Assembly (NCBI GenBank): GCA_030264375.1
Contig: JASCQW010000061.1
Coordinates: 113,011,434-113,075,433 of the forward strand
Reading direction: 5' to 3'
Source of the DNA: Carcharhinus longimanus
Taxonomy: Eukaryota
Length of the DNA: 64,000 nucleotides
A program made the position numbers and the translations under genes. This document shows, piece by piece, positions 11,445-23,675 of the stretch (within the stretch, counting starts at the first letter, position 1; every line of letters begins with the position of its first letter). The notes under the pieces were generated by a model. It had not been told where the DNA came from, did not search any database, and worked only from the letters and a program-made list of their open reading frames with translations.

Positions 11445-13200
11445 ATATTCGTGGGACATAGGCATCATTGGCTGGCCAGTACTTACTGCCCATCCCAGTT
11501 GCCCTTGAGAAGATGGTGATGAGCAGTCTTCTTGAATCATTGCAGTCCATGTTCTGTGGGTTGACCCACAATGCTGTTAGGGAGAGAATTCCAGGATTTT
11601 GACCCAGCGACTACGCAGGAACAGCGATATATTTCCAAGTCAAGATGGTGAGGGGCTTAGAAGGGAATTTGCAGGTGGTGGTGTTCCCATGTATCTGCTG
11701 TCCTTGTCCTTCTAGATGGAAGTGTCGTGGGTTTGGTAGATGCTATCTAAGGATCTTTGGTGAATTACTGCAGTGCATCTTGTAGATGGTACACACTGCT
11801 GCTACTGAGCATCAATGGTGGAGGGATTGATTATTTGTGCTGTGGTGCCCATCAAGCGGACTCCTTTATCCTGGGTGGCGTCAAGCTTCTTGAGTGTTGT
11901 TGGAGCTGCACCCATCCAGGCAAGTGGGGAGTATTCCAACGCACTCCTGACTTCTGCTTGTAGGTAGTGGATAGGCTTTGGGGAGTCAGGATTTGAGTTA
12001 CTTGCCGCTGTATTCCTAGCCTCTGATCTACTCTTGTAACCACTGTGTTTATGTGGTGAGTCCAGGTGAGTTTCTAGTCAATGGTAACCCCAAGGATGTT
12101 GATAGTGGGGGATTCAGTGATGGTTACACCATTGAATGTTAAGAGGTGGTCGTTAGAGTGTCTCTTATTGGTGATGGTCAGTGCCTGGCACTTGTATGGC
12201 ACGAATGTTACTTGCCACTTGTCAGCCCAAGCCTGGATATTGAGCAGATCTTGTTGCATTTGAACATGGATTGCTTCAGCATCTGAGGAGTCATGAATGG
12301 CGCTGAACATTGTGAAATCATTGGCGAACATTCCCACTTCTGACCTTATGATGGAGGGAAGGTCAATGATGAAGCAGCTGAAGATTGGTGGACCTAGGAC
12401 GCTACCCTGAGGGACTCCTGCAAAGATGTCCGGGAACTGAGATGACTGACCCTCCATAACCACAACCATCTTCCTATGTACCAGGTGTGATTCCAATCAG
12501 CAGAGGGTTTGCCCCCTGATAACCCATTGATTCCAGTTTCACTAGGGCTCCTTGATGCCACACTCAGTCAAATGCAGCCTTGAGTCAAGGGCTGACAGTT
12601 TCACCTCATCTCTGGAATTAAGCTCTTTCGTCCATGTTTGAACCAAGGCTGTAATGAGGTCAGGGGCTGAGTCACCCTGGCAAAACCCAAACTGGGCATC
12701 ACTGAGCAGGTTATGCGGAACAGGTTCTACTTGATAGCACTGTTGATTATTCCCTTCTATCACTTTACTGATGATCGAGAGTAGACTGATTGGGCGGTAA
12801 TTAGCCAGGGTGGATTTGTCCTGCGTTTTGTGTACAGGACATATCTGGGCAATTTTCCACTTTATTGGGTAGATGCCAGTGTTGTAACTGTACTGGAAGA
12901 GCTTGGCTAGGGGAGCAGCAAGCTCTGGAGCACAAGTCTTCAGTACAATTGCTGGAATGCTACCAGGGTCCATTGCCTTTGCAGTATCCAGTGCTTCCAA
13001 CCATTTCTTGATATCACATGAAGTGAATCAAATTGGCTGGAGACTGGCATTTGAGATGCTGGGGATCACTGGAGGAGGCCAAGATGGATCATCCACTCGG
13101 CACTTCTGGCTGAAGATTGTTGCGAATACTTCAGCCTTCTCTTTTGCACTGATGTGCTGGGCTCCTCCATCATTGAGGATGGGGATATTTGTGGAGCCTC
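11445..13200 (-). mobile_element. CR1/L2-group LINE ORF2 3' half (second LINE family)
   Basis: KTCAPELAAPLAKLFQYSYNTGIYP, NYRPISLLSIISKV, GVPQGSVLGPPIFSCFIIDLP, MFANDFTM; frameshifted. Confidence 0.93.
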
Positions 13201-13301
13201 CNNNNNNNNNNNNNNNNNNNNNNNNNNNNNNNNNNNNNNNNNNNNNNNNNNNNNNNNNNNNNNNNNNNNNNNNNNNNNNNNNNNNNNNNNNNNNNNNNNN
13301 N

Positions 13302-13442
13302 CAGGGATGCGTAGGTTAGAGGGATTAGTGGGTATAACATGTAGGGATATGGGGGGAGGGCCTGGGTGGGATTGTGTTCGGTGCAGACTCAATGGGCCAA
13401 AGAGCCTCTTTCTGCACTGTAAGCTTCTATGATTCTATGATA
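13302..13442 (+). mobile_element. V-SINE 3' part
   Basis: gggcctgggtgggattgtgttcggtgcagactcaatgggcc...ttctatgattctatga tail. Confidence 0.8.
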
Positions 13443-14271
13443 TTCTTGCAAAGTTAGCCCATATCATCACACTAAAAGTTCCAATTTTATTTCAGATCAC
13501 TGGTCAATGCCCTTCTGAAAGAAGCATGCCGATAAGTGATTGAGCTAAATGATTTGTGAACTTAAATTTTCCTGATATCACAATAAAATACGTCAACTCG
13601 TTAAATAGCTATTTTCAACTGCTGCAAGTTATACTGGAAATCTTGTAGCTTATGGAAGATTTAATTAGCGCTTCTTTAGTCTTTTTTTTGGCAGAGTACA
13701 TTTCTTTATCTTCATAACAGTGACTATACATAACAAGTGATCCACCTGGTATAAAATGTTTGACACATACTAAGGAAATTAGAGGGCATGATGTAAATAG
13801 AAGTTCTTTCTATAATAAAATACACTTGTCAACATGGAGTCACTTTTGGATTGTTTGGGGTGGGGGGGGGTGCGGTAGGGGAAGAGTTTACATTAATTTG
13901 TCTCTATTTATAATTGATCCACATATCATGTTGGCATTGGTTAGCTGCTGAAGGTCCAAACATGGTCTACTTTTAAGTTTTAAATTAACAAGCTGCACTT
14001 AGTTTAATAAAATGTTATTAAACCTCACCAGTAAACCAGTTTTACGGTTGGAAATTAAAATTCTCCATTTTATTTCTCTTTTGTGGCAGCATGTCCAAAA
14101 TATACTTCAAGTGACTGAGGGAAAGCAAAATCTCTTCAATTAGGCAGTATTTAATCATTAAGCTTTGCAAACTGTTTTCGCCTTTTTATGTTTCAATGTA
14201 ATTTTTTACTTATAAAAATCAAATAGTTAACAGTTAGTTAGGTTGACAATGCAAATTCAATCACAATTTAC

Positions 14272-14468
14272 CCAGGATATCCTTGATATGAGGGATATGG
14301 AGGTCCCTGTGCTTGTGACAGCATACCAGTACCTCCAATGGAAGCAGGCATAGAAGCAGCTGGAACAGGAGCACTTGTGGTTGCAGGAGCTGAAGCTGAT
14401 GGCGCAGCTGGAAAATTGGATCCAACCGATGGAGGCGGGGGCCGTGCAGGAGGCTGAGGTTTAGGTTG
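14272..14468 (-). CDS. PDCD6IP: ALIX exon 17 (PARPPPP and GPPY motifs)
   Basis: QPKPQPPARPPPPSVGSNFPAAPSASAPATTSAPVPAASMPASIGGTGMLSQAQGPPYPSYQGYPG; 197 bp; phase 0 in, phase 2 out. Confidence 0.94.
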
Positions 14469-15677
14469 CTATATGATAAAAGAAAAGGGGCTTGGAATGA
14501 GATTGAAGAGAATGTTAAAAATAAAGACATTTTAACATTTATCTGTCCGGATGCAGAAAGCATTTACTATTAAAGTATTAGAGCTAGAATATTATCAGTA
14601 ATTGGCATACTATCCACCCTAGATCTTCTCTAAATATATTAACACCACCAACCACATTAAAGCTAGCTCAAGCAGTGTGGTCCAACTTTGGTCCAATTTC
14701 ATTATAATAAATTATTTCAGGATTTTTATGAAAAATCATAGGTGTCCGGAGTAATTTGGTGAAATCAGGTAGTCATAATTCAGTGTTAGCTATCGAGCAT
14801 TTGTCATTGGAATAATTTAAGAAAACTTATTTAGTACTGTTGATGGGTGCAATTCAAATTGCTACAATATAAAGAGGACTTTTGTTATCAAAATAATAAT
14901 CAAAGTAGCAAAGTTGGACACAAGTATGCATTGTAATACAGAACCATTTCAAAGCTCTCCAATGTAGGTTTCATGTTGCAATAATCAAACCAGTTTACAC
15001 CAAGCAGAAAGGAAAATAGTCTGCATCCCTGCACAACAAAATGGCAGTATTTTACACGTTAATTATTGGATACTTTTGTTGTGTGTGTGTGGATTAGTAA
15101 TACGGTGAGCGTTAGAGCCTGTGAAACAAACAAAGTCTCAATTAACATGCATTCTGTGGTTTTCAAAAATTGGCATGAATCTCATGCAGAGGGAGCTTGA
15201 GAGAACTTAAATTTTTAAATTCCACATCGTGGTAATGCCCCCTCTCCATTTCATTATGTTACCCAAGACAAACAGCAAACGGAACCAGACGACAAAGGGA
15301 AAAGAAACACAAAGTGAGGAAAATGTGGATTTAAGTTGGACTGAAAGTGTATGAACAGACTAGAGGACAGAACATTGGGATGGGGTGCTGGAGGATTGGG
15401 GGCTCAGGTAGTGAGGGAGAGATAAGTCTGGAAATAAAGGTTGAGGATGGGACCTGGTTGTGGGTGGATTGCGCAGGGGGGAGGGGAGGCTGGTGGTGGT
15501 CAGAAATTTGGAATAGGGAATGAAACCAGGAATTACATATAAAATTGTGCAGGTTTGGGGCCCAGTATTTCATACCAACCCAAGAACAGCAGCAATGACA
15601 TGTGAGAGAATGTGAGCAAGTGAAGAGCAGTCCTTGGAGTGCATGAAACCTAAGGCCTTTACTGTGATGAAGTTTTA

Positions 15678-17260
15678 ATTCATTCATGGGGTCTGGGCAT
15701 TGCTGTCACAGTCAACATTATTGTCCATCCCTAAATTGCTGCCAGGAGGTGGGAGTAAGCCACCTTCTTGAACCACTGCAGTCCATTCGGACTGGTTAGA
15801 CCCCACTATGCTGTTAGGAAGNNNNNNNNNNNNNNNNNNNNNNNNNNNNNNNNNNNNNNNNNNNNNNNNNNNNNNNNNNNNNNNNNNNNNNNNNNNNNNN
15901 NNNNNNNNNNNNNNNNNNNNNAGGAAGTGAGTGTTCCAGATATTGATCCATCAACGCTTAAGAAATGATGATATAGTTCCAAGTCAGGGTTCTATATAGC
16001 TTGGAGGGCGATGACGGTTAGTTGTGTTCCCTTGCATCTGTGTCCTCCAATTCACGGGTTTGGAAAGTGCTGTCATAGGAGCCCTGGTGCGTTGCTGCAG
16101 TGTCTCTTATATATGGTACACACTGCTGCCATTGTACCACAATAACAAATGGGATGCTGACCAAATAGGCTTCATCGTCCTGGATGCTGTTGAGTTTCTG
16201 GAATGTTGTTCAGCTGCACTCATCATGGCAAGTGAAGAGTGTTACATGATTCTTCTCTAGAGGTAGACAACCTTTAAGGAGTCAGGAGGTGGGTTATTTG
16301 CATACAATTCCCAGCTTCTTATTTGCACTCAGTCACATATGGCTGGTTCAATTCAGATTCTGCTCAATGGTAACTCAGATTCAGCAACAGTAATGACATT
16401 CAATGTCAAGGAAGATGGTTAGATTCTGTCTTGTTGAAACTGGTCATAGCTTGCACTGTGTTGCACAAGTGTTACTTGCCATGTATCAGCTCAAGTAAAA
16501 GACTGTTTCTGCTGTTGAGTGGATAGAGAACAAAGGGACAAAGAGAGATGAGAGNNNNNNNNNNNNNNNNNNNNNNNNNNNNNNNNNNNNNNNNNNNNNN
16601 NNNNNNNNNNNNNNNNNNNNNNNNNNNNNNNNNNNNNNNNNNNNNNNNNNNNNNAGAGAACAAAGGGACAAAGAGAGATGAGATATGAATTGTTATTTCA
16701 ATTTTACTAGGGCTCTTTGATGCCACACTCAAATGCTGTCTTCATGTCAGGGGCAGGTTTTACTCCTTCTGGAATTCACCTCTTTTGTTCAATTTTGGAT
16801 CCAGGTTATAAGAAGGTCTGGAGCCAAGTAGCTCGGGCAGAACCCAGACTCAAAATCGTTGAGCAAATTATTGGTGCACAAGTGCCACTTGATAGCACTT
16901 GTCAGCAACACCTTCCAGTTGCTGATAAGAGTGTTGATTGACTTGTATTTAGCCAAATTGGATTTGTCCTGCTTTATAAGGACAGGGCATCCTGAACAAT
17001 TTTCCACATCGTCAGATAGGAGTGAGTTATGGAAATTTACTGTAACCATTTGTGACCTACCACCATTAAGGATGGAATGCTTTTAGAGACAAGACGTCCC
17101 ACTGGTTGATTTATTGCCCAACACCAATCATGTCTGGGATGTGACAGAACTGTAAAGCTGATTGGATCTGTTGGTTCCAGGATCCTTCAGTATCATTGGT
17201 GCTTCCACTGTTTTAAGATGCACATAGTCCTGTGTTGTAGGTTCACTAGGTTGAGCCAGG
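15678..17260 (-). mobile_element. Older copy of the second LINE family
   Basis: Colinear, degenerate similarity to 11445-13200 (e.g. gccaccttcttgaaccactgcagtcc, gttacttgcca, LAPDLLITWIQ). Confidence 0.75.
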
Positions 17261-17261
17261 T

Positions 17262-17705
17262 ATGGAGGGACTTTCTTATGAGAGTTTGAGTAGAGTGGGC
17301 CCATACTCAATGAAGTTTAGAAAAATAAGAGGTGACCTTACTGAGACATATAGAATTAAATCGTGCAGCATAAAAACAGGGGGCTTGACAGGGTAGATGC
17401 TGAGAGAGGGCTTAGGGCTAGAAGGCATAATCTCAGAGTAAGGAGGTCACCCATTTAAGACAAAGATGAGAAGAAATTTCTTCTGAGGATAGTTACTGTG
17501 TGGAATTCTTATCGCAGGGGATGTAGAGGCTGCGTCATTATGTTCAAGGCTGATGTAGATTTTTAATCAGCAAGGAAATCAAGGGTTATGGGAACAAGGC
17601 AAAAAAGTAGCGTTGGTGATTATCAGATCAGATCAATCACGATCTCATTGAATGGTAGAGCAGTATTGATAGACCAAATAATCTACATCTGCTCCTGTGT
17701 CTTAC
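17262..17705 (+). mobile_element. CR1 3' fragment
   Basis: gagtttagaaaaataagaggtgacctta...gaagaaatttctt...gatctcattgaatggtagagcag. Confidence 0.75.
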
Positions 17706-19144
17706 AATCACTACCCATGAGCCATGCTGCAGTCAAAGCCAGCATGTCAAATACAATGAGTCACACGAAGGTTGTGCACAGCAAAGGCCTTGTTCATTCA
17801 TGAACATGCATTCTGGTGGGATTGCAGAGAAGATTGTTCGCCTATTGACAGATTCCAAAATGGCCATGACTGGTAAAGTGAATAATACAGGGAAGGAAAT
17901 TGGTGAGATTAATCGTCAGTTGATAATCTGGATGGCAAATGAGCGAGAAAGGGAGTTGTTATTCGTATGCATATTACGACAGCTGACTTGATGTGGCCTT
18001 TGGAGAGTACAAAAAGGCAGAGAAGCTTCATTCTAGAAACTGAGATTTAAACCTGAAAACTGGTAGTAAAGTAGAACAGCAGAGTAGCAACAGTGATAGG
18101 AACTTGCAGTGATGGGGAGAGTAAGTGGACAAAGTATCTATGAAAGGATAAAAGAAAAGATGGCATGACTGGTTGACACAAAGGGGAAGAGACATAACAA
18201 GGGCAAAACAGAAAAAAATGATAGAAATCATGGGCTAAAGTAAGGTAAATGTGAATTAATTTGGAGGTCATTGGCCCTGTACAGTACTTTTGGCCACTGG
18301 CCACTGTACTTTTCATATTCTTCTTTTCAAAAAAACTTCAAGACAATTTGAGTTCTTGAAGTGTCAATTCTCTGGTCTAAACACTAACTTCAAAAACTTC
18401 ACACCCGAGCTGTCTCCCCAATATTCCTGGTATATTCTCGCACTAAATGGCTATTCACATTCTGCTTCTTTCTCTTTGTCACTTTGAGGCCATTGACACT
18501 GTACTACTGCTATTAATAATAAAAAAACTGGAACTTGCAAACATGGCAAGCTTTACCTCAAATAATAATGGCAACAATTCTAGATCTGTATCAAGAAATA
18601 CAGCTTTCAAATTTTTTCTTTCATGTATCTGTTCAAAGTGAACATACATACTGCACATACATTTTTCAGCATTTTAATATCCATCAGTAGAATTATAAGC
18701 CAATTTGTTTTTCCTTTGAAGCAATTAACAGCGTATTCTTGGCTTTTTAGCCATTTTTCCCTCCTTTGTTTTATCAACCAAGACAAAGGCTTCTCTAATC
18801 TCGCTGTATTGTTTCTGAAGTGTTAGACAACCTAATTTTCCTTTTCAGTTGCTGATTCACCTGTTATGTATTTCCAATATTTTATTTCTGTTCATAAAAA
18901 CTGTTCATCTAACAGTATCCATTGTTACTGAACTATGAATAAAAGCTATCTGGTGCATTCTCCAGAAAATGAATTACTGCACTTTTTGTACAAATTATGA
19001 GAAATGTTTTAAATCTAGAAATATTAAAATAATTTCTCATCTTTCAAGCCCAATCATGTGGATCATGATTCGTCACAAACCCTTATACTACCACACATAC
19101 ACAACAAAATATATGTTTTAAAATAAACTATAAAGAAGAACTAC

Positions 19145-19204
19145 ATTTTCACAACCACCAGTGGAAGAAGGTGCGGCATGCTCAGGAGGTTGAAGTTTCG
19201 ATGG
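19145..19204 (-). CDS. Candidate 60-nt in-frame cassette exon in ALIX intron 16
   Basis: TTATTCTTTTTTCCAG acceptor, stop-free PSKLQPPEHAAPSSTGGCEN, weak AAT/GTAGTT donor; phase 0-0 as required. Confidence 0.45.
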
Positions 19205-19677
19205 CTGGAAAAAAGAATAACTTTAAATGGGACTAAAGAGGAACGTTACAAGACAAAGATACTATGACATGCAAGCAAAAACTTCATGAGGTTGCCAGTA
19301 CAAATAGTTGCTGGACATAACCAGAGTTTGGGGTGTTTTGCCTCCATGTTCCATGTACCATTAGTGAGACATGTAAAATTATTCTGATGTCAAACCATAC
19401 ACAAATAATATATGCAGTCAAACCAATAAATTACACTGTACGATGGACATGTAGAATCAAAAATTTGATCGTATTGGTCAAAATGGACAAGTACTTAATC
19501 TAAGGACAAATTAACATCACAGTCAATTTTATGTCAAATTAAATTTGTACTAAAAATACAATTTGGGAAGAGGCTCACAAAACAACTAAAAGCTAGGTAG
19601 TGATATTACAGTCATGTTCCAGTTAATAAAGATAATCTTTGAAACAATGGGATTGCAGTGAGAAAACTAGACATAAA

Positions 19678-20870
19678 GGCAGGATTCTCCCCAGAAAAAT
19701 ACTAATTTCCCAACATACAGAAAATGGGAGTAAATCCCATTGGTCTTTTCAGCATGATTTCCAGAATGATTCTCCAACACAAAGGGCATCAGCATGATTC
19801 CCTCTGGAAATCTGTGGCGGAGCCTCATCCTGCCTAAGAGGCCTGCAGCATAGCACTGAGTAGGCCATCTGTCATCGAAGAGATCAGCGCATGCGCAGTG
19901 AATCCCCCAATTACTGGCTTCTTGATTGTTGGCCTTCTGACTCACCACCCAACCAGATCAATGGCCACCCACACCTCTTCAAGTCAGCCCCGATGTAGCC
20001 CCCACCTCCCCACTCTGATCACACCAACCCCAGACCAGGCCAGCCCTGATGTGACCCCTCGCTCCAGTCCAAACACCCCTTTCCCAGTCATCTCCCCCAC
20101 CTTACTTACCACTCCCCAAATAGGCCCCAACGCCCAACAGGCAGTGCCAGTTTGCCCTTGGGCAATGGCAACCTAGTATTCTGGCACTGCCCAAGGGGCA
20201 CCCCCCTTTACACTGAAGCACTCCTGGCTGGGGGTGGCAAACAGGGATTTTGGGGGGGGGGGGGGTTGCTAGCAGACCCAGAGAGTTAAGTTCCAGGCCT
20301 GCTAATATAAATGGAAATTTTCCATATTGTATACAGCTCAGCGCTCATTTCTGGCGTGGAGCTGATTACTTAGGAAATCTTAGTCTTGAAGACTCACCCA
20401 TGGAACGGCCTCCGCTAATGTCGACTCGAGCAGCACAACGGGCTGGAAGAAATCGCCCTGAAATAGCGTGCGATCTTCCCGCTAATGTTTTATCCCCCGC
20501 TGGGACAGGTTTCCTCCAGCAAGGATTAAAGCTGGTCCCATCAACAGGCACCAGGCGTGATAGCCTCGCTGGTGGAGACAGAGGCCATTGAAGCCCCTCT
20601 GGGAGGCTGGAGGCAGGTGGGGGGCGCTCCTTGGGTAGTGCATTAGGGATCAATGGGGGAGTTAGGGAGGAAACCAGCTGGCCATCAAGGAGAAGGGGTT
20701 GTTCAGAGCCCAGCAACAGGAGATGGCCCAGTGCGCATGCGTTAATCTCCCTACTGATGGATCACAGTGGCCCGCTCAGCACTGCGCTCCGGCAAGCTGG
20801 ATTTGGCCCCACTCCGGCAGACTCTGAAGCACAGAGTGCCAGAAGTTCATTTGACTACATGAGTCTAATT
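19678..20870. mobile_element. GC-rich foldback/MITE-like composite element
   Basis: Begins ggcaggattctccc; degenerate inverted arms ~19815-19900 and ~20725-20820, both with gcgcatgcg; CpG-rich relative to flanks. Confidence 0.5.
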
Positions 20871-21462
20871 TGGTGGTTTGAGTAATGCAGGCAAAAATTA
20901 ATCTATCATAAAATTATACAGCACTTTAATCAGTGTCAAATTACAATCTTGAATAACCTAATTTTAAAACGACTGACAATGACAAAATGAGGCAGAATCA
21001 ATTTCTAGTTATTGTGAGGACAATAATCAATTCTTTAGTAAATGTGAAAAAAAATGCTTAAAAGTGTCTGTGCGTCCAAAAAGAAACCATGTAAATTATG
21101 CATTTTGGAGCCCCTCCCAACCCCCAGCCTGCTCGCCCCTCTTGACTGCAATGAGGAAAAACTCCAGATAATGATTATTGTAGTGAGTGATGACTATCTT
21201 AAATGATCAGAGCCTGCAACCAGTGCAATGTTTTTATGCTGCCATAAAAGATGCTGTAAATTCATTTTTAACTGACTCTAATTTGGCCTTCAAGTGCCAC
21301 AATCTTGACTTTGGACAAAGTACACCAAAAACAAACAGCATAATGAAGCCAAAACTTTCTTCCCCAATATTTACCTTTGCTCCATATAAGAGTTTACATA
21401 CTTGCAGTTACTTTAAGGTCTCAAAAGAGATTGATCATAAGGATTTTGATTAGTATACTTAC

Positions 21463-21592
21463 AAATACACTTCTGGGTGCAGGAGTTGGACCAGCAGGTG
21501 TGGTTCCTCCAATAGAAGCAGCAGACTGGTACGCAGGTGCTGCTGGAATATTAGGCGCACTGGGTTCTCTAGCTATGCTTTGTTGTAAATCC
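21463..21592 (-). CDS. PDCD6IP: ALIX exon 16 (start of proline-rich region, PSAP TSG101 motif)
   Basis: DLQQSIAREPSAPNIPAAPAYQSAASIGGTTPAGPTPAPRSVF; 130 bp; GTAAGT donor. Confidence 0.95.
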
Positions 21593-22099
21593 CTAAAAGG
21601 GCAATAAAATTATAAATCTTAATATTTAAGCTTTCCTTTGTGTTCACAGAGTTCTGCAAAGTTGATAACCAAATAAAACTATAGATGATTCGGACATAGT
21701 GGAAATAGTTGTGTGTACCATCTCTAACATCTGATAAACAAATGTTTTAAAGGGGCGTCATCCATTGTGACTGGCAATAGAATGAGGGTGTTGACAACTC
21801 ACTAGCACCGCTGGAAAAGTGTAGCCATTCAGCTTTTGTTAAGCCTATTCCACCATTCAGTTGGACCTTGGCTGATCTGCAATTTAACTTCATCTACCTA
21901 CTTGGGCTCAATATCCTAGTGCAGTGAAAAAAAAAATCAATCTCAGATTTAGAATCAATACTTGAGCTACCATACACTTGTTTTTGTCCTAAATCCATAG
22001 ACCTACCTCTGTATACTACTGCAGTTAGCTCCACTGTCCACTACTACAGTTAGTTCCATAAAAGATTCAATTAGGTTTGTTAGGTATGAACTGCTAACC

Positions 22100-22293
22100 A
22101 GGTGCTCCGGTTCCCGCCAAAGTAGTGCAGGATGGCCAAGCCAGATTGCCCCTCAGTGTCCGAAGGTATATAGGTTAAGGGGATTAGCAGGCTAAATGTT
22201 AGGTTACAGGGGTAGGCCCTGGGTGAGTTTTGGTACCGTCTTGGTGGTCCAAATGGCCTCCTTCTCCACTGTAGGGATTCTAGGATTCTATGA
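22100..22293 (+). mobile_element. V-SINE partial copy
   Basis: ggtgctccggttcccgccaaag...aaatggcctccttctccactgtagggattctaggattctatga; ends ~30 bp from the exon 15 donor. Confidence 0.7.
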
Positions 22294-22323
22294 CTGTTGT
22301 AGGAAAATACAAAAATCACTTAC

Positions 22324-22418
22324 TTTAAAAGTTCATCTCTTTCAGTCTTGCGAGCAAACACAATGTCAGAACATTTTGTTTGGAATTTCAGGAGAATTTC
22401 AGTAAGTCCATTGTAGAA
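22324..22418 (-). CDS. PDCD6IP: ALIX exon 15 (F676-equivalent YPXnL pocket residue)
   Basis: [32 protein letters not shown]; 95 bp; AG/GT flanks. Confidence 0.96.
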
Positions 22419-23345
22419 CTACAAAGGAGATATTTATACAAACTATTACGACAATACACTGACAGCCGCCCTAACCTTGTCATAGCAATGTTGCCACTAC
22501 AAATTCACTGACAGTTACTCATGGTTGCAAATATATATGAAAGTCGAAAAATTCTACAAGAATTGACAGTTAAGTCTGTGCTGATTTGAAATGGGATTTC
22601 GGGTCTCTGTGCACTAACCGTTGCGTATTTGAAATCTGCTTTGGAAACTAGTTAAACTGAAGGCTGTGCCCCTCATGGATGGTTTCTGCCACTGCACATC
22701 AGTGAAGATCTCCTGTGGTCAGGTAAGTTTTTTTGAAACATTCTGTTCAATGTTTGAAGTGTCTGAACAGATGCTCCTTATCTGTAGATTATTCAACATT
22801 TATAAAAAATGCTTCAGGGCTCAAAGACTTCTAATTTCCTGTTATTAAATGGTGTCCTCTGAACCCTTGAAAGGGCACATTTGCGCCACACAAATTTGGA
22901 TCATTTTTGCACCTCCACATTTTCTTGGGTTAGCTTTGTTTTTCTGAACTATAAAACCATAAACAGGTTTTCTACCACTACATTTTATGCACTNNNNNNN
23001 NNNNNNNNNNNNNNNNNNNNNNNNNNNNNNNNNNNNNNNNNNNNNNNNNNNNNNNNNNNNNNNNNNNNNNNNNNNNNNNNNNNNNNNNNNNNNCACTTTG
23101 ATAATGTTTTATGCAAGCCAATCTTGCCTTTTACAACAGAAAGTTAAAAATACAAGACATGTAGTACAACAGTCAAAATTTCCAGTTAAGATTGTGTTAA
23201 ATCACCACTTGAAAATGTTTGAACTAAAAACTTTAAAATGCTGTGCAAATTCAATACTGATGTAAGTTTTAAAATGACAAGTTCACTTTGTGAAGTGTTT
23301 AATGACTATGATGTAATCCAAGAAAACGAACAACAAAAAACTCAC

Positions 23346-23480
23346 CTTTGTTCCTTCTTTCAAGTTATTAACAAGTTCAACAAACTGATCATGTCCTGCT
23401 GCTAACTTTTTAAGAATTTCCTCCCTCTGATTCGCATCTGTGCTTGACTGTGTTGACTTTGAAAATTCCTCATGAGCAGC
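23346..23480 (-). CDS. PDCD6IP: ALIX exon 14
   Basis: AAHEEFSKSTQSSTDANQREEILKKLAAGHDQFVELVNNLKEGTK; 135 bp; GTGAG donor. Confidence 0.95.
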
Positions 23481-23547
23481 CTAGGCAAAACAGATGCAAG
23501 TCTATAAAGCATTTTGATAGTAAAACTCAAGTTCTGCTGTACTAAAT

Positions 23548-23675
23548 GACATCAGATGATGAAGGAGAAGTGCTCTGAAAGCTCACGATACCAAATAAAC
23601 CTGTTGGCCTTTAACTTGGTGTTGTGAGATTTCTTACTGTGCCCACGCTCATCTAATAGTGACATCTCCACATCA
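23548..23675 (+). mobile_element. Penelope-like terminal repeat with decayed hammerhead
   Basis: atgatgaaggagaagtgctctgaaagctc...ccaaataaacctgttgg...ttcttactgt, homologous to 7090-7248. Confidence 0.7.

Noticed and set aside
12074-13000. Possible domesticated or intact reverse transcriptase gene
   Set aside because: Frameshifted, catalytic FADD reads FAND, and several decayed paralogues occur in the window; an ordinary dead LINE
16525-16683. Direct repeat agagaacaaagggacaaagagagatgaga
   Set aside because: It flanks a 100-N gap; likely a scaffolding artefact
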